DNA of 64,000 nt from Promethearchaeota archaeon (GTDB lineage: Archaea > Asgardarchaeota > Lokiarchaeia > Sigyniarchaeales > SOKP01): positions 464,485-528,484 of the forward strand of contig JBHLOY010000002.1 of the NCBI GenBank assembly GCA_048939995.1, read 5' to 3'. Shown here piece after piece: positions 48,952-58,357 of this stretch (the stretch's first letter is position 1; each line of letters opens with the position of its first letter). The position numbers and the translations under genes are program-made. The notes below the pieces were generated by a model. The model was given only the letters and a program-made list of their open reading frames with translations. It ran no database searches and was not told the DNA's origin.

Positions 48952-48988
48952 CCGTCACTTATTTTTATCCTTTGTGAAATTAATTGGA

Positions 48989-51091
48989 TTATGTCTTAAC
49001 CTTAATAGGGATAGCTATCTCGCCTTTCATTGAACCTCCACCTCCACCATCAGGATCTCTGAAAATAAATGGATACGGAAAAAATTCGTTATCGTCGTCT
49101 CTTCTATGACCACACCATTCACAAATGTCTTGATTGCGAGGAATTATTCTTCCACAGTATGAACATCTCGCCTGATGTCTATGAACCTGCAGCCTTATTT
49201 CTCTTCCATCCCTTAGCTCTTCTAGCGCTCTTAGATTATCTATAGCTCTTGCTCTCAGTTGGTCCCGATTTCCTCGTTCCACACCAGCAAAATTTAAGAT
49301 TCCACCCTGAGGTTCTCTGAAGAATATACTCTCTCTATAACTAGGTGGATCTCTATCATTCTCCTGACAAGTAGCATTGATTAATTTGATGCAATCTGAA
49401 ATATCTTTCTTTATATCATCTTCTTCAACTTTTTTAAGCAAAACCTTAAATTTAGTATCGAGAATCTGTAAGAACTGAAAATCCAAATCTCTCGTCTTAG
49501 CTCTAAATGGAGTCACAATAAAGCTTTTTTGAATAATAGAAAAGATGATTTTCTTACCATCATTTAGGTTTAGAATTTGTAATAAAATGTTTTCAATTAA
49601 AGTTGGAAACTTCCTAAAACATGATCTTACAAACTGATTCAGCATACTGGGATAGAAAGACAGGTTCACGATAATATCTGTAGCTTCTAATATCGATTCG
49701 AATTCTGAAGGAGTAAACACTCCGATATATCCTTGATCAAGAAGGTATTGAACTACAGAAGGGTATCCACTCTCGAGCCTACGAGCAACTTCTTCTTTAT
49801 AAACTCTTTTTGCTACAGGATCGCCCGCTCTCGTTAATTCTCTTAGTAGAGGAAATGCTAGATTACTCATAAGAATTCTGGTGTCATAGTCATGTTCGAC
49901 CCATGCTTGAATATTTGAGCAATGTCCCCAGAACTCTTGTTCAGGTGTAATTTTACCGGAGCCTAATCCCACATGCCTGAAATCTAGTCCCTCCTTTCGG
50001 TACTTGTCAGCGGCCTCATCAATAGAATCAATTTCGTCATACATGGACACTTCATTTTTGGGTATGTTGAGAATCAAATGTACACATTGAATAATTCTCC
50101 TTTCAGCAACATAGATAATGATCCTATAATTTTCAAACCTAAGTGTTATATAATCGTTTATCTTTTTCTCAAACTGCGCAGGTGTGCTTCGCATATAGGA
50201 GGGCATATTAGGAATATTAGGATTACGCCACCGATCGAGATTCCTTCTCATTTCTTCAATTTCCTCCAATCTCCTCTCTCTTTCTTGATTTATTCTTTGA
50301 TTGAAATTCCTTAATCTCTCTTCAATTTCCCCTAATTCTCTTACTCTCCGCTGTCTATTTATTGGATTTATATTAACATTCCTCCAATCTGCGCGAAAAT
50401 CGTTATTTGTTCTCTTATATTTCTTAGGAGCTTTTAGCACAAGTCTCATTGTCGATCCGAAAAAAAGACCAACAATAGGGGTTATTATACTAAATACAAA
50501 TATGACTGTGGGAGATATGCCTATATAATGTAATTCAATTATGGCATTTGGACTACCTTCCTTTGTACTTCCTTGTATATAATCATTTGTTTCTCCCCCT
50601 ATCACATATAAAATAACTCCTATTCCACCATCTATTATTTGCTCCGGTGGTAACGGGATTCCAAAATCAAAACCATCACAATAAATATGCCCTCTATATA
50701 CACTCTCAGTAGGCTTGTTATTCCAAGTAATTGTCATTTCATCCCAACTTTCGTAAGTAAGGTTCGCTCCAATATGTACCTCCCCCGATCCATATTCGAA
50801 CTTTACTTCTATTCTAACTTCTGTCCAATCTGTGGGGAGAGATGATACATCAAAATAATAAAAAGCTTGAACTTCACCATAATTGCTATAATTACCAACA
50901 CGAACATATTCTTCCGCTCCGTAATTTGTGTCCGGAAATTGCTCAGACACATATGTATCTTTTCTAACTCTCAAGTATTTGCTATAACCCGCATTGTGCA
51001 ATCCTATTGTTACGCCAACTATAACAACAATTGCAAAAATGATAAAAATCGCGATTTTTACTATGGTTTTAATCCGATTATTCATAATCAA
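48989..51091 (-). CDS. Receptor-like membrane protein: TM, DNRLRE/CBM96-like ectodomain, TM, Arg-rich coil, 'FWGHCSN' domain, zinc ribbon
   Basis: KDTYVSEQFPDTNYG...FYYFDVSSLP...WDEMTITWNNKP; ITPEQEFWGHCSNIQAWVEHDYDTRIL; CSYCG...CEWCG. Confidence 0.75.
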   Translation of the reverse strand: MIMNNRIKTIVKIAIFIIFAIVVIVGVTIGLHNAGYSKYLRVRKDTYVSEQFPDTNYGAEEYVRVGNYSNYGEVQAFYYFDVSSLPTDWTEVRIEVKFEYGSGEVHIGANLTYESWDEMTITWNNKPTESVYRGHIYCDGFDFGIPLPPEQIIDGGIGVILYVIGGETNDYIQGSTKEGSPNAIIELHYIGISPTVIFVFSIITPIVGLFFGSTMRLVLKAPKKYKRTNNDFRADWRNVNINPINRQRRVRELGEIEERLRNFNQRINQERERRLEEIEEMRRNLDRWRNPNIPNMPSYMRSTPAQFEKKINDYITLRFENYRIIIYVAERRIIQCVHLILNIPKNEVSMYDEIDSIDEAADKYRKEGLDFRHVGLGSGKITPEQEFWGHCSNIQAWVEHDYDTRILMSNLAFPLLRELTRAGDPVAKRVYKEEVARRLESGYPSVVQYLLDQGYIGVFTPSEFESILEATDIIVNLSFYPSMLNQFVRSCFRKFPTLIENILLQILNLNDGKKIIFSIIQKSFIVTPFRAKTRDLDFQFLQILDTKFKVLLKKVEEDDIKKDISDCIKLINATCQENDRDPPSYRESIFFREPQGGILNFAGVERGNRDQLRARAIDNLRALEELRDGREIRLQVHRHQARCSYCGRIIPRNQDICEWCGHRRDDDNEFFPYPFIFRDPDGGGGGSMKGEIAIPIKVKT

Positions 51092-51176
51092 TTAGAATTC
51101 CATTACTTCTTAACATTATCTAAGAGTTTTACATTATTTTTTTTACAATATAGACAAAAATATATAACTATTTTAA

Positions 51177-51500
51177 TCCTTTCATTTTTCTCTCTTATTA
51201 CACTCGCAAGCCATCGCCTACTTTCAAATATATAAAGAATTTAAAAAATCTAAACCTATTCGTTTAATTAAAAGATCTATTATACTCGTTACTACTGGGC
51301 TAATTTTGCTTATAGTTGATGGCTGGATTACATTTATCCTCCATTTCATAATTACATATAGTGGTTATACAGATTTACTTATAAGAGGAATAACTGTATT
51401 TGTAAGGTTGTTAATAGGGCTTCCTTTGTTTTTAGTCGGAATATCTGATGCATTTTCCTCCGTGAAGAAACTATCTCCTAAGTCTGATAGAATAGATTGA
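51177..51500 (+). pseudogene. C-terminal fragment of a multi-pass membrane protein
   Basis: Frame open and coding-like 43 codons upstream of TTG 51306 (AIAYFQIYKEFKKSKPIRLIKRSIILVTTGLILL...) with no start codon. Confidence 0.4.
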
Positions 51501-51847
51501 ATTAAAATAAAATTAAATCCTAGCTACACCGATTCATCAATTTAATATAGCAATCCATGAATTTGATACATTGAATTAACCAATCAGTAGATTGCATAAT
51601 CAATCTTTTTTTAGATAATCCAAAAGAGGATAAGAAAACAAAAGAATAACAAATTTATGACAAGCAAGCTCTTCTCGATTTTTATTTGAATATTTGAATG
51701 CAGATTCATTAAAATTTTATGAACAAATACAATATTCTTTATTAAATGAATTTACCATATTTATTAAGAAGAGATTTATTCAAGAAAATCCATATATCTA
51801 CTGAGTCATATCTAGTAAACAGAGTGTAAATGAGCTAGAATAATGAG

Positions 51848-52402
51848 TCACACATAATTTAATAACCCTTTATTTTTCATTATTAATTCTGTTGAAAATA
51901 TTAATACAAAACCTAAGAATAGTAATAAGAGTGGTAATAGACCTGTTAATAATCCAAAAAGGGATATCAAAGTTGAGATTTTTAAAAAGGAGTAGACAAG
52001 AACATAACTTATACCCCCAATAATAGAAAGAAGTTTTTCTCTTTTATAAATTGAAGGTGAATAGTGCCAACATACTAGTAATAAGAAGTTAGAAATCATT
52101 ATAATTAGAAATAAAAAAGTAATTGAATGACTAATTAAAATGCCATAAATTGCCATTACTGTGGAAAAAATGGCTAATATGATTGAGATCCTAAGAAGAT
52201 TATTCCTTAAGAAACTTATCTCAAATTTAAGGGAAATACTTAAAATCAACCATGGCAAGTTAAAAGAAAGCAAGATTAAGAAAAGAAACCAATTAATTAA
52301 AATGAAGGAATCTAAAAATAAAGAGGAGAGCAAACTAATTAAAATTAAAAAAGCACCAAATAACCGTATTAAACTAAGCTTTTTACCTTTAAATAATTCC
52401 AT
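51848..52402 (-). CDS. Six-TM membrane protein, unknown function
   Basis: 184 aa Leu/Ile/Phe-rich ORF with ATG start. Confidence 0.72.
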   Translation of the reverse strand: MELFKGKKLSLIRLFGAFLILISLLSSLFLDSFILINWFLFLILLSFNLPWLILSISLKFEISFLRNNLLRISIILAIFSTVMAIYGILISHSITFLFLIIMISNFLLLVCWHYSPSIYKREKLLSIIGGISYVLVYSFLKISTLISLFGLLTGLLPLLLLFLGFVLIFSTELIMKNKGLLNYV

Positions 52403-52544
52403 AATTAATACTATTAAATTTATTTTAGGATATACTTGCTCAAAAAAAAATAAAGATTAATTTAGATATTCTTCAAAAATATAATTAATTTATTATTAAA
52501 TCCTCAGAAGACATTCTTTTAATTACCAAGAGAGTTGATTTAGT

Positions 52545-53912
52545 TTGGATAAAATTAGAATCCTAAAAGAATTAGAAAGTATTGTAGGGAAAGAATTTGC
52601 ATCAAATAAAGAAGAAGATTTATACATTTATTCACAAGATCCTGGAGCTTCACTACCAAGAAAAGTTGATTTCGTTGTAATGCCGAAAAATAAAGAAGAA
52701 GTGCAGAGAATAGTAAAATTAGCTAATCAAGAAAAAATTCCAATTGTGCCTATGGGGGGAGGTTTAACATTGAGTGGATTAATTATTCCTTTGAAAGGAG
52801 GAATTGTCATGGATATGAAACGAATGAATAATATAATTGAGATTAATGAATTAAGTAAGTATGCTTTGATTGAAGCAGGTGTAACCACTGGGCAACTTTT
52901 GTCATATCTCAATGAAAATTATCCTAATCTACAGCCGCCAATTCCTGATGCTCCTCCATCAGCAACAGTTACAGGTAATGTTTTAATTCATGGTTCGGGT
53001 TACTTATCTCAGAAATTTGGTGATCATGCTGGTATGATTAATGGCTTGGAAGTAATTCTTCCAAATGGAGACTTATGTAAATTGGGATCTTGTGCAGTTT
53101 CTAAGTATTGGTTTACTCGTGGACCTATACCAGATCTTATTGGTTTATTTACTAGTTCCTTTGGTACAATGGGGATTGTTACTAAACTTTCAATTCAATT
53201 ATTTCATAAACCTAAATTTCGAGAAGTCGTTTTCGGGTTATTTACGGATCCAAAAGATATTCCTGAAATTTTAATAAAAATTACAGAAACAGGATTAGCT
53301 GAGGATGTTTTACTTGGAATGCAAGATAAACCCGATTGGATGAAAGGTTATATTTTTATCATAACTTATGTTACTGGAGAATCAGATGAAGAAATAGAAT
53401 CGCACGTTAAAGTTTTTAAAAGAGTATATCGAAAATCCAATGCTAGATACATGAAGCCTCCTGAAAAAACTAAAGTAACTTATTTAGAAAAGCCTATTTT
53501 TTCCGCGGTAGCCGCTGATTTTAGAAAAGGTGGTGGTTTTGAGTATGTTGGTGCTAATATTCCTCTTGAAACCGTACCTGAAGCCTATAAAAGGGGAGCA
53601 GAAATTTCAAGAAAATATGGAATAATCCCTACAATAGGATCAAGACTTATAGGAGGGACTCATAACATTATGACCTTTTTTACGTACTCATTTAATCGTG
53701 CTGATCCGAAGGACATTGAAAATGCTAGAAATGCTTTACATGAAACTAATAAGTTAGCTTTAGAATTAGGTGGTATTCCATGGAAATCTGAATTAACGGG
53801 ACAGAGAATGATTCTCGAAAAGATGGATCCTAATTATAAGAAATTATTTGATACTATCCGAAGTATCCTAGATCCAAATAGAATTATGAATCCTGGAAAT
53901 TGGGAGGTGTAA
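52545..53912 (+). CDS. FAD-linked oxidoreductase, GlcD/D-lactate dehydrogenase-like
   Basis: PMGGGLTLSG, DMKRMN, EAGVT, GLEVILPNG, GTMGIVTKL, LDPNRIMNPG. Confidence 0.9.
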   Translation: MDKIRILKELESIVGKEFASNKEEDLYIYSQDPGASLPRKVDFVVMPKNKEEVQRIVKLANQEKIPIVPMGGGLTLSGLIIPLKGGIVMDMKRMNNIIEINELSKYALIEAGVTTGQLLSYLNENYPNLQPPIPDAPPSATVTGNVLIHGSGYLSQKFGDHAGMINGLEVILPNGDLCKLGSCAVSKYWFTRGPIPDLIGLFTSSFGTMGIVTKLSIQLFHKPKFREVVFGLFTDPKDIPEILIKITETGLAEDVLLGMQDKPDWMKGYIFIITYVTGESDEEIESHVKVFKRVYRKSNARYMKPPEKTKVTYLEKPIFSAVAADFRKGGGFEYVGANIPLETVPEAYKRGAEISRKYGIIPTIGSRLIGGTHNIMTFFTYSFNRADPKDIENARNALHETNKLALELGGIPWKSELTGQRMILEKMDPNYKKLFDTIRSILDPNRIMNPGNWEV

Positions 53913-53916
53913 TAAT

Positions 53917-55098
53917 ATTACTTTAAATAAAGAATTAGATTGGAAAGATATTATACATAGATGCTTCCGATGTGGTTATTGTAAGTTTACCTATGACTAT
54001 AGCGATTTTAATTGCCCCAGTTATAAAAAGTATCGATTTGAAACTTATAGTACTGGTGGAAGATTATGGCTTATTTATGGCATCATAAGTGGAGAACTTA
54101 AATGGAATGCAAATTTAGCGAATGTAATATATGCTTGTACAACATGTGGGAACTGTACAGAAAATTGTCGCTTCGAAAAATTTAATGATTTTCTTGTTGA
54201 CTTTATAGAAACTGCTCGATTAGAAGCCGTAAAGAATGGTTTCTGCCCAGAAAAGCAGAAGATTTTCTTGGAACGCACCAAAAATACTAAAATGTTTAAT
54301 CCTTATGGAGAATCCAATTCTAACAATGAAGATTTGAAAAAGAGTTACAATTTACCTGATAATGCAGAATGGGTTTACTTTATCGGTTGCACTAGTAACT
54401 ATCGTCAGCAAAAATTAAGGGATGCTACAATAAGATTTTTAAAGAAAACCAAGGTTGATTTTACCCTAATAGATGAGCACTGTTGTTGCAGTCCTATAAT
54501 TAGGACTGGTCAAACTGAACCAGTAAAAGATTTTATAAACTATAACTTATCTCAAATGAGAACCGCTGGGGCATCTAAGATCATCACAAGTTGTGCTGGT
54601 TGTTATAGAACTATAAAGAAAGATTGGTTAAAGTACGGTCCAGAATTAAATTTTGAGGTTTTCCATACAATAGAATTAATAAAGAAATATTTAGATGAGA
54701 AAAGGCTGAAATTTAAGTCAGAATATAATAAAACGTTAACCTATCACGACCCATGCCATTTAGGACGACATATAGGGATGTATGAAGTTCCAAGAGAAGT
54801 TATTAATCAAATCCCTGGTATTAATTTTGTGGAAATGAATCGTAATAGAGAAAATGCGTGGTGTTGTGGTGCTGGAGGAGGGGTTAAAATCGGGTATCCT
54901 GATTGGGCATTAGAGGTTTCAAAGGAACGTTTAGAAGAAGCAATGAAGACTGGCGCTAGAATTGTAAGTTCTATATGCCCATTTTGCAGAACAAATTTTT
55001 CAGATGCAAATCAAAAATTTGAGATGAATTTTGAAATCTTGGATCTAATTGAAATTTTTGATAAATTAGACTATGAATTAGTAGATTCTTTTGAATAA
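53917..55098 (+). CDS. Fe-S oxidoreductase, GlcF/HdrD-like (2x 4Fe-4S motifs + two CCG domains); probable ATT start
   Basis: Frame of the 54268 ORF extends upstream through CFRCGYC...CP and CTTCGNCTENC; EHCCCSP, TSCAGC, YHDPCHLGR, WCCGAGGG, SICPFC. Confidence 0.88.
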   Translation: MTLNKELDWKDIIHRCFRCGYCKFTYDYSDFNCPSYKKYRFETYSTGGRLWLIYGIISGELKWNANLANVIYACTTCGNCTENCRFEKFNDFLVDFIETARLEAVKNGFCPEKQKIFLERTKNTKMFNPYGESNSNNEDLKKSYNLPDNAEWVYFIGCTSNYRQQKLRDATIRFLKKTKVDFTLIDEHCCCSPIIRTGQTEPVKDFINYNLSQMRTAGASKIITSCAGCYRTIKKDWLKYGPELNFEVFHTIELIKKYLDEKRLKFKSEYNKTLTYHDPCHLGRHIGMYEVPREVINQIPGINFVEMNRNRENAWCCGAGGGVKIGYPDWALEVSKERLEEAMKTGARIVSSICPFCRTNFSDANQKFEMNFEILDLIEIFDKLDYELVDSFE

Positions 55099-55314
55099 TT
55101 AATCTTATTTTTAAGTCAATTTTTTTTTTGTTCAATAACCTTTCTCGAATATTTACAAGTAAAAGCATCTATTAGTCTGAATAAATTTATATAACAGTTT
55201 TTTCTTTAGCTTTTAGAATAAGAATATATTTTCGTCATTCAAATTTTACTAATCAATTAAAGTTATTAGGAGATAATAATATTTTGTAATTTGGATGAAT
55301 GTAGGGATTTTAAT

Positions 55315-58215
55315 ATGATAAATAACTTTCATTTTGTAAGAAAAAGCATATTAGTATCGTTATTCTTTTTTACTTTTTTGTTTATTTTAATTTCAATGAT
55401 TTTTATTCCAAATGACATCATTGAAGGAGGTAAATACATTGATCGAAATAATGATATACCATCTAATATTCAAACTTCTTCAAGCCATCCACCTAATGCT
55501 CGACATTTTAGTTATTATAAAAATATAACTATAAATAACGGAAAGGTTGTCGGCAAAGGGAGCCATAAAAATTTTCCCGTGTTAATTTCTATATTTGATT
55601 CAGACCTACATGATCATGTTAATCAATCAAATGGTAATGATATTGCATTTTCTAACAATACAGATTGGTTAGATCATGAAATAGAACATTTTAATCGATT
55701 GTATAATCACACTCATGCTCGTTTAGTTGCTTGGGTTCGCATTCCAAGCCTTTCAACGTCGGTTAATACAACTATTTATATGTATTATGGTAATTCTACA
55801 ATGACTTCTCGACAAAATCCGGCAGGGGTCTGGAATTCTTTTTATCATGGAGTTTGGCATCTTAAACAGTTAACTGGGTCTGTCATTGATTCAACCTCAT
55901 ATAGTACATCTGGTACGGTCTCGGGCACCGTTAATAGAACTGCCATAGGCCAAATAAACGGAGCATTTGATTTTGGATTTAATGGTATGATTAATTTTGG
56001 TGATCCTTCGAATCTGGATATGGGTACAAGTAGCTTTTCGATTAGTTTTTGGATAAAGTTTGAAGGGAGCACTGGAGGATTTCAATTACCTGTTTATAAA
56101 GGTGCTACGACTGAATTTGACATCGGTTATGATTTTGAAAGTATGCCAGATGAATCTGGAGGAGCACTTACTTTTCGTATATCTGATGGAAATGGAAATC
56201 TTGGAGAATCTGATGGATTGTTTTTTGTTCATAATAATTGGATGCATGTAACTGGAGTTGTTAATAGAACAGCAGATACTATCAGTATATTTAAAGATGG
56301 TTTAGAAGTTGGTACCCCAAACAGTATAGCAGGTATTGGGACTTTGAATAATAATCACAATTTTTTAGCATCCTATAATATTTACTCAATAAATGGTCTA
56401 TTAGATGAAATAAGAATATCAAAAACACCATTGTCTGTGGATTGGATAAAAACTGAATATTATAACCAATATGACCCTGATTCTTTTTTTACTTTAGATC
56501 CGGAATCTATTATTGACGTTATCCCTCCCACATATTCAGACCTAAATGAATCTTCAGATCCATTAGAATTGGGAGATAAAGAGATTATACAAATTACAGC
56601 ATCAGATAGTTCAGGTATTTTTCAAGTATTAATAGAGCTTGAGGGATCAAATTATTCTATGACTAATATAGGAGGAGAATTATGGCAATATGATTCATGG
56701 ATACCCAGTATTATAGGAAATTATACATATACGATTCACATTCAAGATAATCTTAAGAATTGGAACTCAACCACTAATGCTATTGAAGTGATTGATACAA
56801 CTCCACCAAACTTTTCAAATCTGGAAGAAAGTTCGAATCCACTAGAATTGGGTCAAATGGAAATTATTCAAATAGATGTGAATGATTTAGCAGGTGTTGC
56901 CCAAGTTATGATCGAATTTGAAGGCTTAAATCATTCAATGATGAATATCGGTGAAAATACATGGCAATACAGCTCATGGACTCCAGAAAATTGGACTATT
57001 TACCAGTATAAAATTTATATGGAAGATAATAATGGTAATTGGAATTCAACAACAGGAAATGTTACAGTTTGCGACACTCTTACTCCTCCATCCCCAATCT
57101 TGAATAACCCTCCAAGTGGTGATTACACTGGCAACATAGTATTTGATTGGTGGGATGGTTCTGATCCTTCAGGTATTTCTTATTATATATTGATAATTAG
57201 TAATGAAGACAACCCCTTGATTACTTCCGGATATGTTTACTTTTTTAATATTACAGTTAGTTATTATGAGCTAACTGATACTCTTCCATCAGGTAAGTAT
57301 TATTATTTTTTAGCTCAAATAGACGGAGCAGGACACCAGAGTAGTTATACAATGGGTAGTTTTACAATTAATATAAATCAAAATGATAATTTTATGATTT
57401 ATCTTGTAATTATCATAACTTTAACAAGTGTATTGGGGTCTGTCACTGGAATTGTTATAATAAGAAAAAGGTCTCAGAGAAAATTGAGGGTTCCCCGGAA
57501 AAAGATTCCTCTCAAATTTACTCTTTCACATATTAAAGAAATTTCCTCCAAATACTCTGAGGGGAGAGAAATTGAAGATTTAATTATTAAGAAGCAAACT
57601 GCTCAAGATACTATTAGGGAAGAGTTATTAGATAAAATGGATCAACAACCTAATATAGAAGAAATTAAAAATATAGGAGAACAATTGTTTGATGATGGCG
57701 CATATTTAGAAGCAATTAAACAGTTTGAACTTGCAAAAGAAATATCTAGCAAAATAGGAAGGGAAGAAGATGTAACATTATTTTCAGGATTAATTGATGG
57801 AATTAATTCATTAATTAAAGAGCGTGAAGTAAGAATTGAGGCTTTGAATAAAGAGAAAATTGATGGAACCTCCTTAAAAATTTTTGAATTTTATCTAGAT
57901 GTGATCAATATATCGAAAAAGCTAAGAGACATTGATGCAGTAAGTATGTTCAAATCAGAAATGATGAATTTTTTTAATGCTAATAAATATAAACTGATTG
58001 AAATACAAAAAAGCAGGGTTAATTTAGAAGAACAAGCAGAATCATTATCAAGTGCTGGTCAATATGAGAAAGCAATTCAAGAATTTGAAAGATGTGAGCA
58101 AATCTCAGAGTTATTAATGAATTTTAATAAAAATGAGAGAATTAATATTGACAAATTTAAAAATAAAAAAGCTGAATGTCAACAAAAATTGACAAAAAAT
58201 AAAGTAAAATTATAA
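55315..58215 (+). CDS. Surface protein: DUF2341 + LamG-like, two 93-aa Ig-like repeats, FN3/Ig-like domain, TM, TPR-like cytoplasmic tail
   Basis: NFPVLISIFDSDLHD...LDHEIE...AWVRIP...YYGN; LDEIRIS...WIKTEY.NQ; repeats start at 56515 and 56794; TM FMIYLVIIITLTSVLGSVTGIVII. Confidence 0.85.
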   Translation: MINNFHFVRKSILVSLFFFTFLFILISMIFIPNDIIEGGKYIDRNNDIPSNIQTSSSHPPNARHFSYYKNITINNGKVVGKGSHKNFPVLISIFDSDLHDHVNQSNGNDIAFSNNTDWLDHEIEHFNRLYNHTHARLVAWVRIPSLSTSVNTTIYMYYGNSTMTSRQNPAGVWNSFYHGVWHLKQLTGSVIDSTSYSTSGTVSGTVNRTAIGQINGAFDFGFNGMINFGDPSNLDMGTSSFSISFWIKFEGSTGGFQLPVYKGATTEFDIGYDFESMPDESGGALTFRISDGNGNLGESDGLFFVHNNWMHVTGVVNRTADTISIFKDGLEVGTPNSIAGIGTLNNNHNFLASYNIYSINGLLDEIRISKTPLSVDWIKTEYYNQYDPDSFFTLDPESIIDVIPPTYSDLNESSDPLELGDKEIIQITASDSSGIFQVLIELEGSNYSMTNIGGELWQYDSWIPSIIGNYTYTIHIQDNLKNWNSTTNAIEVIDTTPPNFSNLEESSNPLELGQMEIIQIDVNDLAGVAQVMIEFEGLNHSMMNIGENTWQYSSWTPENWTIYQYKIYMEDNNGNWNSTTGNVTVCDTLTPPSPILNNPPSGDYTGNIVFDWWDGSDPSGISYYILIISNEDNPLITSGYVYFFNITVSYYELTDTLPSGKYYYFLAQIDGAGHQSSYTMGSFTININQNDNFMIYLVIIITLTSVLGSVTGIVIIRKRSQRKLRVPRKKIPLKFTLSHIKEISSKYSEGREIEDLIIKKQTAQDTIREELLDKMDQQPNIEEIKNIGEQLFDDGAYLEAIKQFELAKEISSKIGREEDVTLFSGLIDGINSLIKEREVRIEALNKEKIDGTSLKIFEFYLDVINISKKLRDIDAVSMFKSEMMNFFNANKYKLIEIQKSRVNLEEQAESLSSAGQYEKAIQEFERCEQISELLMNFNKNERINIDKFKNKKAECQQKLTKNKVKL

Positions 58216-58357
58216 TTGTAATTTTTTTTGAAATGAAACGTCTTTTTAATATAAATAGATTTATAAGAAGCTTTTTTCATAACTTTTACAGGATTGTATA
58301 GGGTATTACTTTCATTATAAGAGTATATCTGAAAAAATTGTGTTATTGGGATTTGTA

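Noticed and set aside
52161-52460. Lys-rich 99-aa ORF on + strand
   Set aside because: Antisense shadow of the Leu/Phe-rich membrane gene 51848..52402
53887-53916. Selenocysteine readthrough or frameshift fusion of the GlcD-like and Fe-S genes
   Set aside because: The upstream gene ends normally (MNPGNWEV-TAA-TAA), the in-frame TGA lies inside that gene's coding sequence, and a Shine-Dalgarno plus ATT explains initiation more simply
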